The translations under genes and the position numbers were made by a program. Of a DNA stretch of 64,000 nucleotides, positions 50,814 through 64,000 are shown piece after piece. Position 1 is the first letter of the stretch; the number at the start of each line of letters is the position of its first letter. The stretch is from contig NW_019091358.1 in the NCBI RefSeq assembly GCF_001949145.1, forward strand, positions 1,178,961-1,242,960, written 5' to 3'. Under the pieces are notes generated by a model. The model searched no databases. It worked only from the letters and a program-made list of their open reading frames with translations, and had not been told where the DNA came from. This stretch comes from Acanthaster planci. Its lineage: Eukaryota.

Positions 50814-52066
50814 GTTCTGTTCCCGCCCCTTCGAAGAGTCTCCACTTTTCCGTCGTTTCTCCGACTTAAAACCGCGTCCTGCCCTCCACTATTGTCCACT
50901 GTACAAGAAAACAAAACCGTTTCACTAATGAGACACATTAGAAATATATGTGCCATGAGAAAAGTGTTCCAATGAAAATCTGTAACTTCGCAAATACTTC
51001 GAAATATTCTGAGAGAACATCAACCTGTGGAATTGTCTGCTTGACGCCGTGATTAGTCAGTTTCACATGATTCTTCTTTGTCTATCAAGTAAACTTTGTT
51101 ATGCCAGTCTTATGACATGTACAGTAAATGTGTATTCTTATAGAGAATAATCGGCAATTTTCTTAATATTCTGATGTCCCAAGAGCGGTTTAACTGGTGT
51201 TATTTTTGAGGGTTCAACCGTGAGCATTGCACGTTTGGCTTTATACTTCCAAATCTCAAGCATTTTCACGTAAAACGCAAAGTACAGACGAGATTTTACT
51301 GCCCGGAATGTCGAGATGCAGTTTATGAGTCTTTTGGTCTGCAAGCTTTCATCGGTTTGAAGTCCCACTTGGCAGAGTATTTTCCACCGATAGAACCAGT
51401 GTCAGGAAAGCTGGCGGTGTCCCAAAACAAGCCTGAGAGAAAGCAGCGTCGAACAACCGCTTCGGACCGGTGAGCTCCGGCGCTCAACAGCGAGTTTACG
51501 TTCCAAGGGTTGATCAGTTTACAGAAACTGTAAGAGGGTCCATGGTCCGGGACCAGTGTACAGGGTCGCGTTGGCCTATTGCAGCTGCCATTTGGTGTGA
51601 AGATGTCTGTTCCTTTGCTGTATGTTGAAATGGATTGGGGCAGAGACGAATTTTTGAAGCCGACATTGTGGGTCCTACGCCAACAGTAACAGGGATTTTT
51701 ATCAAAATTACCACTGATCCATTCCGGTGAAAAAAAAACAGAAAAAATGTTATAGAAAGTTACCGACCGCCGAAGGTTCTGGGAGGGGGCAATCGATACC
51801 ATCAGACACCGGGGCGGGGGTATTGTTCAATGCGGAGAATTCCGCATATTTATAACCACTATGCCGACAAAATGACGGGAGGCACGCCACCCCCCTTTAG
51901 AAATAGTCACCTTAAATCTATTCCTGCCAAGCTGCTCTCTACAACACCGGACAAAGCATTCCGTGAAAAGGAAGTTTTACATAGGGCCTATAGTTTACAT
52001 ACAGTTAATCAGTAATTTTCGATGCATTCAAAGCCAACGTTTCTCTCACATAGCAGGCACTTTGGC

Positions 52067-52438
52067 CAGGGGCGTAGCGAAGGCATGTTGGGGGTGTGCC
52101 ACAGTCATTCGCTGACTTGTAACTTGTTCGCCAATATCGTGCTTTGTAAAACTCACTAAGTGGAAATCCGCGTTACGCTACATTTCATGCTTCAGGAGAA
52201 GTGCCGAGACGGCCAACTTATTTCGTTTATGTACCAATTTTGGATTCATTTGCCAACTGATGCTCTAGTTGCCGACTGGAATTTCAAAAAACCTCAAAAA
52301 TCCGCAAAAAGAAAAACGACGGGTGGTAGTACCGTTTGTACAATGCCGGAGCTTTGCAGTATGTATAGAAAAAGGCAACCTATCTCTCTGAAGGAACTAA
52401 GCACCCACCTGCCACCCACCCCACTGGATACGCCACTG
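52067..52438. mobile_element. CAG(G/T)GGCGTA...TACGCCACTG MITE
   Basis: Inverted termini caggggcgtagc / gatacgccactg; relatives at 62822-63051 and about 57792-57958. Confidence 0.55.
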
Positions 52439-53379
52439 TCCGAGTGGAATTACATTACACGGTTAAAACAGTTTTGTAGAGAGTTTGATTTTTTTCAACA
52501 TAGCAAGGCCCTTTGCAAAATAAATAAATAAATGAAACACTTACAGAAAGTGTCATTAATTCATTCACACCCCCAACTACGACAAGAATAAACTATTCTA
52601 ATCGAAAGAGCGTAACAAAGATGTAGAGTAGGAGCTAGCCACTGGATGGTGATTTTGAAAACAAAGTCGTCATGCTGGTAAAAGCTCGAAATGTGACCGT
52701 GAAAAGTTCAGGTTAATGCGACGAAAGTCCACACCTCTGGGAAACCATAGAGCTACAAACCCATGGTTACATTTCCTGGCGAAAAGAATTAGATCATTTT
52801 AGTAATATCTATTTTTCTGATGAACAGTAGAAGCTAAGAGGGCGTCTGACATGATTCTAGCAGATCTAGATAATCTGAGAGACAAGTGCGTGAAAAGTTG
52901 AAAGCAGCACACGAGCAGGAAACACAGCGTTTTGTTTGAGGTCACTTTTGGTTTACAACTTTAAGGGACATCAAAAATTTTATACGCATTCGGGCTTGTG
53001 ATTGGCCGTGACCCAGCATACATATCTGTATACAACCTATAATTAATATTTATTGAAGTCGATTTTAAAATGCACCTTCATTTTGTTTTGCCACAAAGGC
53101 TTTGGACAAGAGTGTTTAGATAACATCCGATTGTTATGTTGACTTGTTGTCCCAAGAGGCGAGCACGGACGGATGAAATGCAAGCTTATAGATTCCAGAT
53201 AAAACTGGATGAATCCGGATATTTCTAAACCCTCCATCCATCCACTCAGCGTACGGGAGAACGGCCGCTTAGCATTATTTCCTGGCAATGATCAGGTAAG
53301 GTTATCAGTGTAAATCAGGGTAGTGTCCAAATACCCACGCAGTGGTTCTGATGAAGTAAAGCCGCCAAGTATTGGGCAC

Positions 53380-53493
53380 CAGGTTAATGTAAACACTTAG
53401 CATTTGTTGCGCTGTCCGAGGTTTATAAACGCAGACATCGTCAATTCACGCCGGCATACAGTTCCACGTCGTGCGCAGGGCAGGTCTTCTGGT
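53380..53493 (+). promoter_or_regulatory. Putative GNMT core promoter and non-coding first exon
   Basis: TATAAA at 53424-53429; Inr-like ACAGTT about 30 nt downstream; donor G|GTAAC at 53491-53496; Fox-like TGTAAACA just upstream. A strong acceptor (ttttctgattcatctccacag, ends 55190) 36 nt before the GNMT ATG implies an upstream non-coding exon. Confidence 0.45.
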
Positions 53494-55226
53494 AACTTCT
53501 GCACTTTGTGGTAAAGTTGACAGTTTATCACTATTTTTTGTAGCTTAATTATCATACAAACCAGCAATAGGCTTTAGTCTTAAAATCAAAATGAGTAGAC
53601 AGGCTTTCTGTTTTTGATTTTTTTTTTAAACTTCCACTTTCTTATTTTGCTTATTTTATGTGGCGAGCACAAGACGTTATGGATCGTAAATTTGCTATCT
53701 GGTGAAGTTTAAACGGCAGATGCTTTTTGTTTTCGAAATATAAAGAAATTAAAGTTACTATGGAAGATTGTGCGAAATGAAATAAAATGTTACAAAGTGG
53801 CTGAAACCTTTCCAAAAATTTCATCATCGGGCAAGAATCCAAAATTCACCGGGGTTCAGAAGACCTCGAACTCAATCGACCAAATTGCGCCAGCTTTTAT
53901 CATAACTTCACTGAACATTAAGAACTTGGCTCTCATAAATAGCATCCGCAGCCTAAATATCCTCGCTTTCTCTTTAAATTATGCAAACGCGTAGGCTACC
54001 GAACACATTGCAAAAGTGAATTCAGGGACTGGAATTCCACATGCTAACATAACATTTATTCAGTGCTTATTCTTACTGAAGCCCAAAGGGCTGAGCAAAT
54101 AGCATTAGCCAGACAACAGGTTCGGACCGATCATTAATGCTTCGGTGTTTGTTCTCAGACTTGATTGTGCGCCTAGATCTGCCCATAAAATTCCTCCCAT
54201 TTCTGCACGGCGTGGTTGAAACGGTAAGCCTCGGTAAGTTTCAGCAGAAAGCATACACGCGATGTTTGCGCAGCGTATTTACAGGGTGTCCTGTTTAATC
54301 CTTTAAAAATACAGTCGCCTACAAAATACGTTTTTCAAATGTTTGGAAAGCCTCGACTGCGGCACTAAACGTGACTTATAAAGCTTCAAGGATGTTCTTG
54401 GAGCGCGCAATGCCGCCGATGGCCACAGCGAAGTACAGGCCTACAATCGCCCAATAATGCTAGAAATCGCCTAATAACTAGCTAGAAATTGTAGACAACT
54501 TTACGGACCCCCCTTCAAAAATAATAAAGGGACAATTTTCATATAAATTCCGATTTCCCCTTCCGAACCCAAACTGGCGCATGTCAGCATATACTTGATC
54601 ATTAACCCATGCGCCACTTACATGAATTTCCCTTTAATAATGATAAAAAAGAAACGGGGTAAATGCATTTACAACAAGTACGAAATAAATTTATTCATTC
54701 ACAAAATTGAGTATACTTCAGTTCTGAAGGACAGTTGTGCAAAAAGCATGCATAAATGGCCTATAAGCAATCTAAGGTGCTGAATGTCCACATAGTTAAA
54801 AACCAGTTAGAAATGACCATAAAAGATACGACATTTTTCTGTCAGTACTCATGGGAAGGAAAATCGTTTATGCTGTGGTGCAAACATTGGAGAGACCGCC
54901 CACAAAAAAGTGTTACAACGGAGACCACTCGGCGAATATGATGACTCGCATGACTCAGCAATTTTGATGCTAAAATAATCCCTCTAGAGGTTTTATGATT
55001 TTTATTCATTTATTTTTTAGATAAAAACTTTTTTAAAGGAAAAGTGTGACACATTCCCAAAGCATAATCGGCCTCCAGCGAACATTAACATCTGCAAAAG
55101 ACCTATTAGGCCAGTAGGGCCCTAATTCTCTCTCAAACATACATTGTAATTCTTTTCACGAGTCTGTCATTTTCTGATTCATCTCCACAGGCGGATACTT
55201 TTGCAAAGAAACGTGTTCACATCAAC

Positions 55227-58200
55227 ATGGTCGACAGCGTGTACCGAACCCGGTCGCTCGGCGTGGCCGCCCAGGGCATACCCGACCAGTATGCCGACGG
55301 CAAGGCAGCCAAAGTCTGGGAATATTACATCGGTAGCAGGACAGACAGGACGGAGAACTACAGGCACTTTCTGGTAGACCTGTTGAAATCCCAAAATTGT
55401 CACTACATCCTGGACGCCGCCTGCGGGACAGGGTAAGCTTTTCTCCATATAGGTTGTGGAAGTTTGCGCATGAGAGATGCGCTCTTGGCGTATCACTCCG
55501 CGTCCGGTGGTGGACTTGCCGTGCACAAGCAAAGTGCAGCATGGACACAGTTTTTTTTTTTTTCAAAATTAATGCCCACTCTGGTTATTTTTGATTCAGC
55601 ATCGACTCTGTGATGCTCCTGGAGGAAGGGTTTCGTGTCATGAGTTGTGACGCCTCCGATAAGATGGTCCTGCACGCTTTCAGGGAGAGATGGGCCCGCC
55701 GCAAGGAAGAGTGCTTTGACCATTGGGGTAATTAGGAACGTAGAGCGTACCGTCTGCGCTAGTTATCCCCGTAGAAGTTGGTTCATCCTCCCATGCTGCA
55801 GTTGCGTTGCGAGGCTTGGTATGCTGCGTAAAATAACCCGTGACTTTCTGGAGTGAGCTGCGAAGACCCAAATAAATAGATGAGCAGCCTAGCTTGTTTT
55901 TCTTACTTTCCTGCATGCTATTTTGCTGTACTTTGAAATTCATGTCAGTCAATGAAATTGTCAGGAAAAGTCATGGTTCCAAAAAGGCTGTTTTGAGGGG
56001 CCGAGGGAGACAATAATATGCAAGTAATTTCAAAGGAATTTTAAAAAATATTTAGATTTATTTGAGACGGTATTCTTTAATATATTCTCGGTATATTGTA
56101 TTCGACAGTGTGCCAAAATGATACTACACCTCAGAAAGGGAGTAGTGAAATTTGCTTTAATTACAGAAAATTTTGGACAGAAAACGTTTTTCTTTTTCCT
56201 TTTTTTTTGGGGGGAGTGGGGGAGGCCTCTAACCCCCCCCCCGACACGCCACGCCTGTTTTATGCAGAAGGGAGTAGTGGGATCTTTGCTCATGGTATGA
56301 AGGACCCCGAGTGACTCGTTCGTTGATCTTGAAAGTATTATAATGTGTTGAATCATCAGTATCACAACTTGGTGATCATTGAATGCTTCAAGATGGTAAT
56401 CCATGCTCTTTTCATGTGTGGGGGCTTCAGAGGGGTCATGATAAATGTAGGACCAGCTGAGAAAAAAAAACAGTTATAGTTGGTGACTCATGAAAAGCTT
56501 TGCACCTTTAGAAAAGTTACCGTAGAACTGTGAGAAAACAATAAGTTGGCAGATTGTTGCCTGAGATCGAAAGGGTTATAGCGGGCCCATCCGACACGGC
56601 CCAGTTTTTATTCTAGGAACTAAGAATGATGTCTTAATACCCCGGGTTTTCTAGATGTGGTCCCTACAAAGATTTTCCCTGAACATTTGTCACTGGTGAG
56701 CATCATCGTGCTGAGTGGGTGAAGGAGTAGGCCCCGATGAGACAAATGGTGTTTCGTTGGAAAAACGCCATTGGGCATTTATATTCAACTACCCGGTACT
56801 CGTTTGACATTAAAACCCTGAGCTTTTCTTGTTTCCTCTTTTTCTCCACAGAAATTGAAGTTGCAAACTGGTTAACTCTCCCAGAGGACCTCCCTCAGGA
56901 GGGAGAAGGCTTCGACGCCATCATCTGCATCGGCAATTCCTTCGCTCACCTCCCGGACTTCGAGGGGACCCAGGAGAACCACCGTATGGCTCTCAAGAAC
57001 TTTGCCACCTTGCTGAAACCTGGCGGAGTTCTTATCATCGACCATCGCAACTACGACACCATCATAGACACCGGCCGGGCACCGATAAAGAACATTTATT
57101 ACGTGGTAAGTCTACAGCGACGTTCCTTCACGCAATCGCTGCCTTTCAGGTTTCAACTCTGCGCTGTTGAAGCTGGTACTGGTGTGAACCTGCGCGAGCA
57201 AGGATGTCCAACAGACTGGCTGCAATGGCCATTGTGTGTCCCATGTTGCTTCACCGTCGAAAATCCACACGTCATCCATCCAACAGTTGTGGCTGCAAGG
57301 AATGAATAAAGACATTAACTTTACAGTGTTGTATTAACAATTTTAATTTTACATAAGCTTCACACACGAAGACAAACAGTTCTGACATACCGTTGATTTG
57401 ACAGGGTAGCTGCATTAACGACATCCAAACATCGGTGCTGTATGTCAACGGTCGGCCCTCCATGGTGACGTTAGACTACTTCATCTCCATTGACAACCAA
57501 CATGACGAAGAGAACAACGAGAAGCAAGGAGTTAAAAATGAGGTTTACAAGTACGTTATCAGGTCATGTTAATTATTGTGTGGGTCCATGGAATGCTTTT
57601 GCTACAGATTCTAAATGTGCAACCTAGACCCACATGATTGATGTGACCCATTTCGATGTGGCTTGCATTATTGTCAGCTTCTGCTTTTTCCAAGGGTACA
57701 TAATTTTATCGGTCTGTTCTTGTCATAACTTGATGACGCATGGGTCTTCAAGGTGCACAAGAGCTTTTAAATTAGTGGGATATCTGGAGGTCAGGCGCAG
57801 TTTTATGGGGAGCCTATAGGGGCTTCCCTCCGTCCCCCTCAAAGTTTTGTCTAGCTCCCTTCACAAAAAATACAAACATGAAAAAATGAAATAAAAGTAG
57901 AGACGTCACCTGCAAAGGGTCTTGCCTCCCCCACCGAAGAACTCCAGAACCACGCCTGTAGGTGGACGATTTCGGGAAAGAGATCAGTGTTCAAATTGAA
58001 AGCCACTCAGTACCTACCCCAGTAATGGAGAAAGGCGTGAAGTCACTGTTTATCAAAAAAATATTTTCACCAAATGAATGCAATAGCTGGCTCATTACTA
58101 TACTATCGACGTCAAAGAAGCCTGATGCTAAATGCCACAAGTTGTAATTAGCAAGATCATGTTTTTTTTCTGTGCACAGGTTCCGTCTTTCTTACTATCC

Positions 58201-58345
58201 TCACCGCCTGAATGCATTCACTGAACTTCTCAAGGAGGCCTTTGGCGAGAACAGCAAGCACTCTGTTTACGGGGACTTCAAGCCATTCGTCGAGGGCGAA
58301 AACCCATCTTACTATATCCATGTCATCGAAAAACCCCTCAGTTAA
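55227..58345 (+). CDS. GNMT: Glycine N-methyltransferase, 5 coding exons, 299 aa
   Basis: Exons 55227-55432, 55600-55727, 56852-57105, 57405-57550, 58180-58345 (900 nt). Diagnostic N-terminus [31 protein letters not shown] motif [64 protein letters not shown]. Confidence 0.95.
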
Positions 58346-61300
58346 TTCCCAAAACGTGTCCGAACTCCTGTACAGTGGTAATTCCCAGAAGCTGCGCTTG
58401 GGAGTCTGTAATCAAGGTCACCACTTTTGGGGAAACATGTATGGGAGGTGTCCAAAATAACGATACAATAGGCAGCGTATTGAAAGCTGAAGTAAAAGTT
58501 ATCGTGGGAATGCATATAGCTTGTATTGCATATGCCTCTTACAATGTGACGTCTTTTCATCACTGACATCCAAGTTTCTAGAATAACGAGGTTCTTTAAG
58601 TACGACAACCAGTACTGACCAGGAAGTTAAAGAGGAATATGGATGATTTTTAAGTTCGTTTTTCAAAACAAATGATAAGTTTAAAGTTTTTGCCTGTTTA
58701 AAAAAAATTAAAATTAAAAAAACGGTCAGAAAACTTTTAGGACTTTCTCAGTATATTTTCCATCAGTTATTCGCAGAACTCAGACATGCACAAAGAGCAG
58801 ACGATCAGAAAGGCATAATAAAAAGGGCGTTCAGATTGCATGTGTGCGAGCACTGCCTTGGAGGGAAACGTGTACGAGTCGACTCGTTATATGACATTCT
58901 CACGGAACGAGGAGGGTCTGAACCCATGTGCAGAGAGAATTTGCTTATGCATGGAGTTTGATGTCACAACTGAAAAAAGGCATCTTTTACTCTTCGCCAG
59001 TGTGTCTTCTTTTTGCAAAATATGCACGTGTTTACTTTGACATAGGCCTATTTGCAATTTTAATATCGGCAATTTTGTAAATATTTGTAAATTCTATTCA
59101 TAGGAATCAGGTATAAAGTGTACATAGAAAAATTATTCAGAAATAAAATATTAGAAGAAACTCTTATCTTGACATAAATAGTTATTCAGTAGTTTAACTG
59201 AATATGTATATTTATTGCTATGTTTGTGGTGTGCTTAAATGGATGGCAGTCTATAATTTGAAAATAATGCGCATTGTTGTCGTGCAAGCTCATGTGAATT
59301 CAATTTTATATGCTCTCTGCTAACAAGTGTGAATAAAAGTTGAGTTAAATATATCAAAAACTCCCGACAGTTTTGTGCTGCAGCACACGTTGTGTTTTTT
59401 CGATCTCTTACAAACCTTGTCCTTACCTTCCTATTATTATTCACACAACAGGAACTGGAACAGAAAGGTTTTCCCCTCACAGAATTTTAATCACCGATGA
59501 CAAGTAAAATGAATGCATGGCGTGATATTTCTGGTAATCGGAAGTAGGTGTTCCATATTTCAAACGGGAAACCATTTTCAGGCGTTGAATCCGGGTCCAC
59601 TTAACAGGTATTTTGCGGGAATTAAACGGGAATTATTTAAAAAACAAATCCAGGCTGTTTTCTTTTTAAAAGTGTGTAAGACGGAAAGAATTCAACATTG
59701 CCTTTTATACCAGTCTTTTCCTATTTAGCCAAGATGCCAAGTGCATAATTACAGTTTAGTTCCAAGTCACAACCTGACGTCAATTCATAGTGTACCCAAA
59801 CTTATGACTGCGGAGAAGGCAAAGCATTTATGGCTGTAAGTCCGGAGAGCGCCCTCGGATGGCGATTTTTAGGAGGCTCAACTGGCAAAAATATCGCATG
59901 ACCTCCTCCAGACATTCTAAACTGTTAAGAAGACAGGGAATATGACCATGCTGAATACACCCAGAAAACCAAGCAAGCCTTATAAGAGCATGATTTAAGG
60001 AAAATTAAAGAAAGTCCAAGGTTAATTATACGGGTACACCAGGGAACTTCAAACACGACCAATGGATGACTTGCATGCAGTGAACTTTAAATTTCTAAAC
60101 GATATGCCTTTTATATATTTGAAGCATTTTGCTTCCTAATTTGTATTTCCATCATGGAGGGTTTTCCAGGAGAGAAAAACAGTACAAACATGCGAATTAA
60201 TCCACAGGGGAACACAAACAAATTTTGAAAAAAATTCTCGTTAAAACGACGATCCTGCTTTTATTTATGCCTTCATTATGTCTTTTCATTTGAAACAGAA
60301 CTTCATAGAATTGAATGGTGACCGTACACACAATCACAAGAAAAAAATCCTGCCGTGATTTCAGTGGAATTCAATTTGAGACAGCTACACACAAAGTAAT
60401 GGTGTCATGATAAAAGGAATGTTTCTATTCAAGACAGTTAAGAAAATGGCTCATTTATGTTTTGTGTTCCATGCCTCTGTCTTATTTCTCTTTGGTTCAA
60501 CCTGCGAATGAGCTGTTAAGTGTTACGATGCAAATAATTGCCGAAGAAGTAAAAGGAGACACGTGCATTTTTGTTTTTGTCTTTAAAAAGACCAATTCTG
60601 TTTTGTCCTTCAAGGAGAGATATTCTGAAGAGGTATTTCAAGAAACCTAAAAGTAATGATCCGTTCCATTCTTTATTCTATAACAAGGAGAATTATTTAC
60701 GAGTACCGTCGAAGGAGTTACTTGTTTACTTCGTCAACATTCTCTCAGTCTTCACAGTTTGCCTCTGACTCAATTCCACCAGCGGATCAAGTCCAAGCAA
60801 CAGGCAGTGGATAATCAATCCAGAGGATGCTGACTTTAATGTCCCATCTATGCAGGATGAGGATCCGCCGAGCCAGTCACCATGGATCCATCATCAACGC
60901 GGAACTAATTGGCACGGCCTGAGATTAGGCCTACTTACGAAGCAGCCACGATAATGTCAAACGGCCATAATTATGAGGAATAAATGCATCTTTCACATTT
61001 TTTCGTACTTTCACATTTGCCATACATGTTTACAAAACAATCAGGCAAGCGGGCGAAGGGGAAATAGGGGAAGTGTCGGTGCAGCAAAGTGGGGATGGGG
61101 CGAAGTGGCGGCGGGGCGATATGGAGTGAAGTGACCGTAAACCTCGGCGGACAGGGGTGGGGGCGCAACTCCACACCGTTGAGGCTGAACTGTCAAATTA
61201 CACTATAGTGCCATGAAGAATATACATTTTCAACCTGTGAAGTAGATATTTTTTCAAATAAGTTCGTTTTTAACACGAGATCTAGTTTCTGCAACGTTGT

Positions 61301-61860
61301 TCTCTATTGTTTTAAAAGTTTTTAACTGGATACAGGCCTATTATTTAGAGTTCCTTTCACAATTATTTTTAAAGTTCCTTTTATGAGATATAATAACCAA
61401 CTTGAAAATACATATCTCGGGAAACTTGAGGAAAAATACCTTACTGTTTGACGCTAGTGGGCTATCGTTCTGAAGAGTTGACATGTGCATGCTGGCCCTT
61501 TTACTGGAATGGTGAGAATAATGCCAATCAACAGAGATTCACTACATCGCTCTTTCATCGTGCATGCCCCAGCACAAAATTGATCTTCGTGAACAAAATA
61601 AAGAAGCGTCAATGAACATTGAAAAGGGTCAAAACATGTTTGCCAATGACAAACGGTTTGCCCGTATACACTATGCACAACCATCTGGGCCATGTACCGG
61701 TCGCGGTATTTGGATTGTAATGTTTAGTGTCATGTTCTACATGTGATTCTCAGACTACTTCGGCCTCTCTTGACTGGAAACCTTTGCGTTTGCTAACCTG
61801 GCCAAATCTAGACTGCAGTTGCCCGACAAAACATACTAGCTTGAGGAAAGAAATGAACAG

Positions 61861-62147
61861 ACCGATTGCGCCCGCAAAGTCCTATGTGTAAAGTACCTAT
61901 GTGTATCAAACGTCGAACGTGGCTTCCACCCATGGTAAAGCTGTCGTAACTACTGTCATTCACCCACAAAGAAATGCAAGAGTTGGTTCAGCACTCGGCC
62001 TACTGATGTGCTGAGCACTTTACTGAAAATCAGCTTTATTTTTGGTCAACAACACTGCCTTAAAACACACTTTGCTATCGGAAGAGGCCATGTCTGTTGA
62101 TGTACACTCACTATAATAGGTCACGTGACTTAGCGGGCGCAATCGGT
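61861..62147. mobile_element. About 290-bp MITE with 21-bp TIRs
   Basis: accgattgcgcccgcaaagtc / gacttagcgggcgcaatcggt. Confidence 0.65.
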
Positions 62148-62821
62148 ACTTTCTACCTTAGATTGACCAAAATAATGCATGATGTCAGAATACGAAACCA
62201 AATAAAGCAAATTCCAAACTTTTGGAGTAAAAAAATCTTCCTAGTCGCTATAGATCATGCTTAGATCGAGTTGAGTCATACCTTCGAGTCAAAGGTAACC
62301 GCACAGGTTATTTGAAGACTTACGTCAGATCATTTTGATGACTGTATTACTTCTAATTGTCCATCAAATAAAATGAGATGTACCGAAGAGAACAGTATCG
62401 TAACTGTACAATTTACTAGCAAGTCACCAGTCTTATTTTCACTGGACTAAAAAAGTAACACGCATTATGCACAAGTTTACTACATGTTATAATATGATTG
62501 AAAACAGAAAGCATAACATTTGTTGAAAATGAAGTGCCCGTCCAACCACCAGATAGAAAAGCTGACGGGGTTGGTCATAAATTTGCAACATGTATTGGCA
62601 AGCACATTATGTCTATGCTGACTCGGAGTTGGTACTGACGCAGAAGCGTTGAAAAAAAATTAGCCAAAAAACTGCCTACTTCAATAATATCAATACATAG
62701 AACGCCGGGGCATTGAACCTTTCTATGAAAATAAAATACAGCATCGATGTTACACTACTTTCTTCATTGAGATCACCGAATTAATATGTGAAGGCAAGGT
62801 CCTACATTAATTAGCAGTTAA

Positions 62822-63051
62822 CAATGGCGTAAACATGAGGGGGCTGGGGGAACGTGCCCCCCCCCCACTAATTCCCGGTGCCCCCTAGGTGCCCCCCCCC
62901 ACTGAGAAACAGATGAATGGATATTGGACAAGGCTAACAAAAACTTGCCCCCCAAAAAACACACCACCGTACCGAAAGCTGGTGCCCCCCATAAGACACT
63001 GGTGCCCCTTTGTGGCCCCCCCCCACTAGTAAAATCCTAGCTACGCCACTG
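62822..63051. mobile_element. CA.TGGCGTA...TACGCCACTG MITE with gtgccccc repeats
   Basis: Inverted termini caatggcgta / ctacgccactg; internal ggtgccccc motifs. Confidence 0.6.
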
Positions 63052-64000
63052 GCACTTGATATTATAGACTAAGAGGAGGGTTGCTGAGGCAACGGGGTCA
63101 GCGTGATAACACTTTCCAAATAAACCTTTCTGATAGACACAAGTGGGCAACCAGTTCAGTGCTGAATGGTACGGAAAAAGACACACTTAGCCTAATGGAT
63201 CCCTGTCTCAACATCACAGAGGTCGACAAACTATGGCCAGCTGTCCATACAAAAGCAAAATCATTAACATATTATTAAAAATAATCATGCCAGCTATCAA
63301 AACACCAATAATTTACATGTATGCTGAAATACTAACAAACATACGGCCTTTTCCAGAGGAGACAAGTGTAAATCTTGAGGCACAAAACACATCAACCACA
63401 AGTGATATTTCTGCAAACGACAGCGACATCACAAATAGTTGGCTATTATGAAAGCGGTGTGTATGTTCGCCAGGGTTAAGGTTGGGGAGAAGGCTGTCTC
63501 CGAAGCTAAGGGTTATTCTGAGTAGTATCAAGCAAATGTGTCTAATTTATGTATTTCTTTTTCATAACAAAAATTTGATATGGAAAACTGACAACACGCG
63601 AACAAAACCGAAAATCATACCCTATAAAATTCCTACTGTGGATGAAAAACTGACTTTGGAGAATAAAAATGCATAGGGGCCTCTACTTTACCCCGAATCT
63701 AGATACGAAAAATCATAATTTGAACGTATAACACTCAAGTAAAAGCAGAGACAGCTAAAACGGGGTCAGTGACGGGTTGAAATTTCCCCTTTTCACAAAT
63801 GGTCCATTTGGCGCAGATATGACAATCTAAAGTGCTGCCGTGGGATGTGCGTTCCCGTTCCCACTGGAGGCTGGGAACAAAGAACATTCATGTTTAATTA
63901 ATGGCACTTGACAGCAGGCAAAATACTTGTCACGCGTACAGCGCAGTCGTTCACAAAGACAATGGAGGGGGATTTTTTAAAAATAAACTGAATCACACAA

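Noticed and set aside
63210..63531. GPCR-like fragments (LFVMSLSFAE, LAIVCRPL) on the minus strand
   Set aside because: Interrupted by stops, no DRY motif, similarity too weak to support.

Overview
Eukaryotic, intron-rich animal DNA, probably a marine invertebrate (inferred from gene content and repeat types), from a draft assembly with N-gaps. Four spliced protein-coding genes can be reconstructed by hand with GT-AG introns and consistent phases. (1) The 3' part of LRPPRC (+, 29 exons, 7-25001; 5' end lies upstream of the window). (2) A complete 7-exon 2-aminoethylphosphonate:pyruvate transaminase (PhnW/AEPT homolog; -, 37926-29516, 373 aa). (3) MRPL49 (+, 3 exons, 45138-48361). (4) Glycine N-methyltransferase GNMT (+, 5 coding exons, 55227-58345, 299 aa). 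Introns and intergenic DNA carry many non-autonomous DNA elements (a young TTAA-flanked family, TA-flanked and hAT-like MITEs), a tRNA-derived SINE and tandem repeats. Most worth follow-up: the intron-containing phosphonate transaminase and its possibly multi-exon, uORF-rich leader; a 68-bp tandem array that multiplies an LRPPRC splice donor; and a duplicated LRPPRC terminal exon (probably two haplotypes) that shows a filled versus empty TTAA insertion site. No CRISPR, rRNA or true tRNA genes were seen.
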